The notes under the pieces were generated by a model, which searched no databases, was not told the DNA's origin, and saw only the letters and a list, made by a program, of their open reading frames with translations. A program made the translations under genes and the position numbers. Source: Octopus vulgaris (Eukaryota). Taken from it: a stretch of DNA of 64,000 nt. Below are positions 56,370 to 64,000 of the stretch, piece after piece (within the stretch, counting starts at the first letter, position 1; every line of letters begins with the position of its first letter). The DNA is taken from assembly GCA_951406725.2 (NCBI GenBank), contig OX597842.1, forward strand, positions 23,188,001 to 23,252,000. Direction: 5' to 3'.

Positions 56370-57175
56370 GATGTGACGTCAGGCCGTTGCACTTCCGATC
56401 CGTTTCTGACGTCATTTTCTCTCCTGTCCAATCATTGTCCTTCCTTCACACTTCTCTCTCATCTAAAGAACAATGCTTGGATACCTTTTGGGGATCTTTT
56501 CGGTTTGACCGGCAGTTTTTTAAAATAATTTCCACGTAACTAAACACTTTTAAACTTCGTATACTGGTAGAATGTGTTCATAAAACATATTTTTCTCTTA
56601 GCTTTATTGAGAAAATTCTGTAGTTTGTAAGCTATTTGTTGGTTTTTTGTCTTCAATTTCTGCAATTTCAACCAATCAATGGCATCTATTGAGGTGAAAA
56701 CATTCTGTGCCGTATGAATATGTCCCTCGTTTAAGGAACAGATTGGGTTTATTTACATTCCTGAAGAAAAAAAGATACCCTTTCCCCCCACCCCTAACCC
56801 TAAAACAGATTGAAATGCAATCGATACTAGGGTCATAATTATGGGTGACAATTTCATATGACACCATTTGGAAAACTGCCGGTCAAACGGAAAAGATCCG
56901 GTGCTTGTGCCTAAAATTGAGAAGAATATATGGTTAGGTAAAGGGAGATAATTAGTCTTTGATGTCTTATTTCATGAGACGCATGCGCATTGAACGTGGT
57001 TCCTCCTTGATGTTGACTTCCGGGTCAAATGTACTCTGAATAAATTTCTTTTAATCAGCTGATAATAATAATACATTTATAATACTTAAAATACGTACTT
57101 ATAATGCATTTCTCAACTGCCATATACACACATATATAAACAACACAGTCCTTTATGAAACATTTGAGTAAGTAT
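56370..57175. promoter_or_regulatory. Candidate bidirectional promoter between I and J
   Basis: TGACGTCA x2 (56374, 56407), ACTTCCG x2 (56391, 57016), CCAAT (56428), CGCATGCGCA (56980) and donor-like GTAAGT (57168). Motif evidence only. Confidence 0.45.
56492..56899. mobile_element. Merlin-like MITE
   Basis: Full-length family match. Confidence 0.8.
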
Positions 57176-57264
57176 TAAACAATGAAAAGATTCAATGTTT
57201 TTTAATTCTGGAGACTTTCGGTTTTTGGCGCCTCACTTCCTTGTGTCTTTTCTGTGTTTTATGA

Positions 57265-57925
57265 ATGAGAGATGTCCTTGATTTGTGCGGGATTTGGCTG
57301 CTATATCTAGTTATGGGAGAGAGATGTCCTTGATTTGTGCGGGATTTGGCTGCTATTTCTAACTATGGAAGAGCGATGACTATGAATTGTATTAGATTTG
57401 GCTGCTATTTCTAGCTATGGAAGAGACCTTTTTTGGCGCCTCAATTCTTTGTGTCTTTTCTGTGTTTTACGAATGAGAGATGTCCTTGATTTGTGCGGGA
57501 TTTGGCTGCTATTTCTAGCAGCGGTAGAGATTCAATGATTTGTGCGATATTTGGTTGATATTTGTAAATGTGAAAGAAAAATGCTTTCGATTTGTGCGGG
57601 ATTTGGCTGCTGTTTCTAACTATGGAAGAGATATTCAATGATTTGTACGATATTTGGTTGATATTTCCAGCTGTGAAAGAAAAATGTTTTTGATTTGTGC
57701 GGGATTTGACTGCTATTTCTAGCGATGGGAGACAGATATCTATGAATTGTGCGGGATTTGCTGCTTTTTCTAGCTATGGGAGACAGATGTCTATGAATTG
57801 TGCGAGATTTGGCTGTTATTTCTAGCTATGGGAGACAGATGTCTATGAATTGTGCGGGATTTGGCTGCTTTTTCTAGCTATGGGAGAGAGATATCCTTGA
57901 TTTATGCAGGATTTGGCTGCTATGG
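57265..57925. repeat. Degenerate ~52-53-bp minisatellite
   Basis: Recurring GATTTGTGCGGGATTTGGCTGCTATTTCTAG core, about 10 units. Confidence 0.85.
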
Positions 57926-58139
57926 AAGCTACCTTCTGCCCTCTCCGTAGTTGCATGTTTTAGTTTGAGAAATATTCTCAAATACACTCCAACCACTGAA
58001 ATGTTCGGAAACCAATACTTTATTTTAATTTATCGATTGTTTCTCAGTATTACTATCGATCTAAATGGTAATGTGTTTCCTCATAACTTTCAGAAAGTAC
58101 CTTTTCATATTCTGTGGATAAGGATTATATAGGAATTTG

Positions 58140-58399
58140 GGCAATCTTACGGTTCTAGTATATTTTACGTCGACTGACCACGTGTTTATATATGATCGTC
58201 GATTTCCGTAAAAACACTTTTATTTTTTTACATATGGGGTTGGGGGTAATGGGATCTTTAGGGTTAGGACCCTAACCCCAAAGATCCCATTTCCCCCCAA
58301 TCCCATATGTAAAAAAATAAAAGTTTTTGTCGGAAATCGACGATCATATATAAACACGTGGTCAGTCGACGTAAAATATACTAGAACCGTAAGATTGCC
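58140..58399. mobile_element. Palindromic Merlin-like MITE
   Basis: GGCAATCTTACGG...CCGTAAGATTGCC; the whole element is a hairpin. 8-bp TSD GGAATTTG. Confidence 0.85.
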
Positions 58400-59101
58400 G
58401 GAATTTGATGTGAAAAGAAAAGTACAACTGAATGAAGGTTGCGGATAATTTACACACGTCGAATTATGTTCATCACGTATTTGAAAAAGATGGGGTGGCC
58501 AATTGTGAAAAAGTTACAAAAATCTGATTTCCACCTGCTTTTAAGACACCGAACACCATTGCAATTCTTGGGTGTAGTTTAGTATGGTACTACTAGCCTT
58601 GTGCCTAGAGTAGAAATGAATATTGGCAATGTTGAATTGCTATGTCATTTAACTATCCTCTTTATCTCAATGACTCTTTTCTTTTATTTCAGAATATCAC
58701 ATTCTGTTGACATAAAAGAAATTACTTCATCCAGATGTGCCTTTGATAGTTTTATCAACTTTTATTGACTAAAGGAAGACGATATATTTATCAGGAGCAT
58801 TCATCAATACATCTACGTTTTTATATAAAGAAAGTCTATGACAAAATATTGCGAAATATTTCTTCTGGACGATGGAATTAACAGCAACAATTTGAAGTCT
58901 TTGCTGTCTGGAATATAGAGGAGATGATTGTTTTACAGGTTAATTAAGCTTGGATAACTTTACAAAGGCGTAGACAATTGTCACCTTTTGATTTAGATCT
59001 CAGCTGAAAGAAACGGCATTAAATTATTCCCTAAAAATAGTGACAAAACTGAACACAAACATTCTCATAGAAATAAAATAAACACTATCAATGTGATATT
59101 T

Positions 59102-61015
59102 ATGACAGATTATCCTCTCATAATGAATCCTTTAACTGAAGCAAACAACCCTGATACAGGTGAGAAACCATATCACTCTACTACCTGCAGTGTATCATTC
59201 TGTCAGAGTGGTGTCTTGACTATAGATGAACCTTCACATACTGGGGAAAAACCATATCCATGTGATATCTGTGGTAAATCATTCTCTCAAAGGAGTAACT
59301 TGACGCAACACTTATATACTCATACAGGAGAAAAGCCATATCATTGTGATATCTGTGGTAAATCATTCTCTCAAAGGAGTAACTTGACACAACACTTGTA
59401 TACACATAGAGGAGAAAAGTCATATAATTGTGATATTTGTGGTAAATCATTCTCTCGTAGTACTTACTTAACTAAGCACATCCGTACACATACGGAGGAG
59501 AAGCCCTATCGTTGTGATATCTGTGGTAAATCATTCTCTCAAACTGGTAACTTGACTAAACACAAAGTTACACATACAGGAGACAAGCCATATCATTGTG
59601 ATATTTGTGGTAAATCATTCTCTCAGAGTGGTCATTTGACTAAACACAAACTTACACATACAGGCGAGAAGGCGTATTATTGTGAAATTTGTGGTAAATC
59701 ATTCTCTACGAGTGGGGACTTGAGTAGACACAAACTTACACATACAGGGGAGAAGCCATATCATTGTGATATCTGTGGTAAATCATTCTCTCAAAATTGT
59801 AATTTAAATGACCACAAACGTAGACATACAAGAGAAAGACCATATCATTGTAATATCTGTGGTAAATCATTCTCTAGGAGTGGTGATTTGACTACTCACA
59901 GACGTATTCATACGGGAGAGAAGCCATATCACTGTGATGTCTGTGGTAAATCATTCTCTTGTAGTAGTTACTTAAGCATGCACAAACTTACACATACAGG
60001 GGAGAAGCCATATCGTTGTGGTATTTGTGGTAAATCTTTCTCTCAAGGTAGTCATTTGACTAAACACAAACTTACACATACAGGTGAGAAGGCGTATCAT
60101 TGTGATATTTGTGGCAAATCATTCTCTGAAGGTGGTCACTTGACCACACACAAACGTGTTCATACCGGAGAGAAGCCATATCACTGTGATATCTGTGGTA
60201 AATCATTCTCTCAAAGTAGTATTTTAACTGGCCACAAACGTAGACATACAGGGGAAAGACCATATCATTGTGATATCTGTGATAAATCATTTTCTAGAAG
60301 TGGTGAATTGACTAATCACAAACTTACGCATACAGGAGAAAAACCATTTCAGTGTGATATCTGTGATAAATCTTTCTCTTGTAGTAGTTATTTAAGCAAG
60401 CACAAATATACACATACAGGAGAGAAGCCATATCATTGTGATATTTGTGGTAAATCATTCTCTCAGAATGTTCATTTGACTAAACATAAACTTACACATA
60501 CAGGCGAGAAGCCATATCATTGTGATATTTGTGGCAGATCGTTCTCTGAAGGTGGTCAATTGACCAGACACAAACGTACACATACAGGAGAGAAGCCATA
60601 TCACTGTGATATCTGTGGTAAATCATTCTCTCAAAGTAGTATTTTAACAGGCCACAAACGTAGACATACAGGGGAAAGACCATATCATTGTGATATCTGT
60701 GGTAAATCATTTTCTAGAAGTGGTGATGTGACTAGACACAAACGTACGCATACGGGAGTGAAGCCATTTCACTGTGAAATCTGTGGTAAATCATTCTCTC
60801 AAAGTAGTATTTTAACTGACCACAAACGTTCACATACAGGTGAGAAACCACACCATTGTGATACCTGTGGTAAATCATACTTTAGAAATAGTCAGTTGAC
60901 TATTCACAAACGTGTTCATACGGGAGAGAAGCCATATCATTGTGACATCTGTGGTAAATCATTCCCTCAAAAAGGTCACTTAAGTAGACATTTGAATATT
61001 CATACACAAGCGTAA
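59102..61015 (+). CDS. C2H2 zinc-finger protein (locus J), 21 fingers + 1 degenerate
   Basis: Intact frame. The track start 59093 is GTG; first ATG is 59102 and the conserved ATG is 59123. Ends HTQA*. Acceptor at 58691-58692. Confidence 0.92.
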   Translation: MTDYPLIMNPLTEANNPDTGEKPYHSTTCSVSFCQSGVLTIDEPSHTGEKPYPCDICGKSFSQRSNLTQHLYTHTGEKPYHCDICGKSFSQRSNLTQHLYTHRGEKSYNCDICGKSFSRSTYLTKHIRTHTEEKPYRCDICGKSFSQTGNLTKHKVTHTGDKPYHCDICGKSFSQSGHLTKHKLTHTGEKAYYCEICGKSFSTSGDLSRHKLTHTGEKPYHCDICGKSFSQNCNLNDHKRRHTRERPYHCNICGKSFSRSGDLTTHRRIHTGEKPYHCDVCGKSFSCSSYLSMHKLTHTGEKPYRCGICGKSFSQGSHLTKHKLTHTGEKAYHCDICGKSFSEGGHLTTHKRVHTGEKPYHCDICGKSFSQSSILTGHKRRHTGERPYHCDICDKSFSRSGELTNHKLTHTGEKPFQCDICDKSFSCSSYLSKHKYTHTGEKPYHCDICGKSFSQNVHLTKHKLTHTGEKPYHCDICGRSFSEGGQLTRHKRTHTGEKPYHCDICGKSFSQSSILTGHKRRHTGERPYHCDICGKSFSRSGDVTRHKRTHTGVKPFHCEICGKSFSQSSILTDHKRSHTGEKPHHCDTCGKSYFRNSQLTIHKRVHTGEKPYHCDICGKSFPQKGHLSRHLNIHTQA

Positions 61016-61703
61016 AACTATCAATATCAAAATTTATTACAACATATCAACAATTATGATTTTTTTGTCTTCTACCAGACAAGGTGTATTCTTCTTCAAG
61101 CTTGATGTATTCAACTTCAATTTCATTAATATCAACTTCAGTATCATGGATATATCTAAATATATCAACACAGTGAGAACTTTGATGTTTGAAGAGGATT
61201 GTGCTGGAGTTTTTGAGGAATTTGTTAGGAGAGAATAAAGGAATGAGAATAATGAATAAAAGTTTGAAGTGACATTGATTTGGTCTTTGTTGTGTTTTCA
61301 TCATCATCATCATCCTTTAACCTTCATGCTCCTACCTCGTTTAAATAGTTAAACATCAATGTATAGTTGTGGATAGGTCACCAATTTACCCACAGTCTGC
61401 ACTGACATATATGTACTTAATAAATTATATGCGGATTTGTCCTTAATGTTTAATACACATAATGTAGTCTTAAACCATATCCAAAATAACTAATTATCAA
61501 AAATGTCGAAAATAACTTACCAAGTGGAAAATCCCGATGTTGTCCGTGTGTAGCAGACAAACACTCACAACAGAGATGAATTCAAATGAGGGGGAAGATT
61601 ATACAAACAGCACTACTATGATGTCATTAAATTGTCCGAAAGTTGTTTCGCATATTCTCCAGAGAATATGTGTCAACTCGCCCCGGTCTCCACTATAGCT
61701 TAA

Positions 61704-61923
61704 CCCTTTAGTGTTTAAACCAACTATATCCGGCTCAAATATTCTACTCATTTTATGCTCAAACTGGCCAGAACCAGTATCTCACACCTACCCTGCAATG
61801 TCATTCTAAAAATAAACAATTACATCTTTCAAATCTTGAAGCTACAAGATAATACCAGATTAATTTTTTAAAATGTAAATGAATAAAGATTACTTTTGAC
61901 ATATTAATTCGAACGCTAAAGGG
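61704..61923. mobile_element. piggyBac-type MITE (second family)
   Basis: TTAA-CCCTTTAG...CTAAAGGG-TTAA. Confidence 0.8.
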
Positions 61924-61932
61924 TTAAGGAAG

Positions 61933-62516
61933 GGATCTTTTCCTTTTCAACAGCAGACAATTTCTAGTTAACTAAACACTTTTAAACTTCATATACTGGT
62001 AGAATGTGTCAAAATAAAACAATTTTTTTCTCGGTTTTCTTGAGAAAATTGTAATTTGTTTAACGTAGTTTAATTTTTCGAATTTTAACCAATCCTATGC
62101 CCTCTATTGAGATAAATCATTTGCTGCGTCTAAAACTGAGACAACATCCTGTAACTAACCCTAAACCTCCCCCCTAACCCTAAATTTTTTTTCTTAATTG
62201 TTAAGCGTGTAAAAAAAACTAAAGCAATGGAATTAAATTAATTTAACAATTAAGAAAAAAATTTAGGGTTAGTTACAGGATGTTGTATCAGTTTTAGACG
62301 CAGCAAATGATTTTAGTTGAATGGAGGTAATCGATTGGTTAAAATTGCCGAAATGCTTGGATTTTCAGATGAAATATCTTACAAACTATAGAATTTTCTC
62401 AATAAAACCTAGAGAAAATGATGTTTTATAAACACATTCTACCAGTATACGAAGTTTAAAAGTGTTTGGTTAACTAGAAATTGTGTTGACATCTGCCGTT
62501 CAAAAGGAAAAGATCC
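61933..62516. mobile_element. Merlin-like MITE variant with long inverted arms
   Basis: GGATCTTTTCCTTTT...AAAAGGAAAAGATCC; arms related to the GGATCTTTTCGG family. Confidence 0.75.
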
Positions 62517-62893
62517 CAAAGAAGCTATACTTGGTTCATATCGCAGTAGGAAATGGGAAGGGTGACCATGATCAGTTGTCCGAATAATGCCACAGCATGT
62601 GTTGGATATTCGAAGGGTGATTAGCCCTAACAATGACGAAAGGGAAGGAGAAGCTAGCCCCATGTCTGTATGGAAATCTCTTACAAAAAGTAATAGAGGA
62701 GCGGTCATCGTTAGATCATTGGGTGCGCGTGCAAGAAAAATAATGAACAGACAGATGTGACGTCTGGAAGGGACCAGAAGCTGGCTGACATGACATCAAG
62801 TAAGGAAGCAACAGGCTGAAGACGGCCTTGTCCTTACGGGGTCTGGGACGTGGTCAAGTTATGTGCTAGAAACAGTTGCAGAGCAGAATATAT

Positions 62894-63302
62894 GGATATT
62901 TTCGGTTTGAACAGCAGTTTTTTTTAATAATTTCCACGTAACTGAACACTTTTAAACTTCGTATACTGGTAGAATGTGTTTATAAAACATCTTTTTCTCT
63001 TGGCTTTATTGAGAAAATTCTATGGTTTGTAAGATATTTGTTGTTTTTTTTCTTCAATCTCTGCAATTTCAACCAATCAATGATGTCTATTGAGGTGAAA
63101 ACCTGTGCCGTATGAATATGTCCCTCGTTTAAGAAACAGATTGGGTTTATTTACATTTGTGAAGAAAAAAAAGATACCCTTCCCCTCACACCTAACCCTA
63201 AAACAGATTGAAATGCAATAGATCGATACTAGGGTCATAATTATGGGTGACAATTTCATATGACACCGCTAGAAAAAACTGCCAATCAAACCGAAAAGAT
63301 CC
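62894..63302. mobile_element. Merlin-like MITE
   Basis: 8-bp TSD GAATATAT and family TIRs. Confidence 0.85.
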
Positions 63303-64000
63303 GAATATATGAGTACACTTTATTAAAGTAATCTGGTCAGATTTCGGAAAAACACTTGAAGGGGAGGTTTTTGGCATAAGGGGACAAAGAAATCCACGGG
63401 AACGAATCCAGCCAATCAATAGAACCATCTTTTAGGGTATTGAATGACTACAATCTTTTCAAGGGAAGTAACAACTGCAACACTTCCATATTTGCAATTA
63501 ATTAAATAATTAAGCTGATTAGTTTATTGGTCACTGAGTCACTGTTTATTTCTGAATAGGGTAAGTTGGTTAAGTTGACAAAGATTCACTTTAAGGTTGT
63601 AATGGTGATACTACTACTAATAATAATAATGTAAATAATAGAATTATTTTTTGAAGCGGGAACCTGACAACAATTAGGAAAATAGATCTCTTCGACTTAA
63701 TTAATAACTTTGCAGCTGAAATATTGATTTGTTGTTTATAAAATACTATGACCGACTGTTACATGCGATAGAACTGAAATTAATTGGTAAAGTGAGAATA
63801 AAACAGCGTAATTAATTAGTAAAATGTGAGGAGTCCGATTGAAGAATTCCACATTAATATATGTTATCCTGTTGTTTATGAGGCATTGATAAAACGGTAA
63901 GTTGATAAAGATTTAATGTAATGTTATATTAATAATAGTAATGATGATGATGATTTGAAAACTAGCCCAGGGTCAGCAATCTTTAATACGAGCGATAAGT

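Overview
AT-rich eukaryotic (animal) genomic DNA, most likely an octopus or other coleoid cephalopod. This is inferred from the SINE/LINE content and the effector-less tandem C2H2 genes, not from a search. The window is a dense cluster of C2H2 zinc-finger (ZNF) genes with single-exon coding regions. There are nine loci, named here A+ (pseudogene), B-, C+, D-, E+, F-, G+, I-, J+, with 7-21 intact TGEKP-linked fingers in the readable ORFs, plus a 3' fragment (H) and orphan fingers. The nine loci alternate strictly in orientation. They share a splice acceptor with a ~400-nt leader, a terminal Q(K/N)xxLxxH...HTQ(V/A)* finger and a common 3' flank. Multi-kb inverted segmental duplications and mosaic flanks are visible. 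Intergenic DNA holds tRNA-derived SINEs, CR1 and RTE 3' ends, a Penelope GIY-YIG fragment, pogo, mariner, piggyBac and Merlin-like DNA elements, a Helitron, a 1.9-kb foldback element, a solo LTR and minisatellites. The most notable signals are: back-to-back Penelope-type minimal hammerhead ribozyme motifs in ZNF 3' flanks; a solo LTR carrying ETS sites and a splice donor upstream of one paralog; a repeated donor-bearing module facing the ZNF genes; and an internally inverted ZNF pseudogene able to form hairpin RNA. All calls are by eye and repeat boundaries are approximate.
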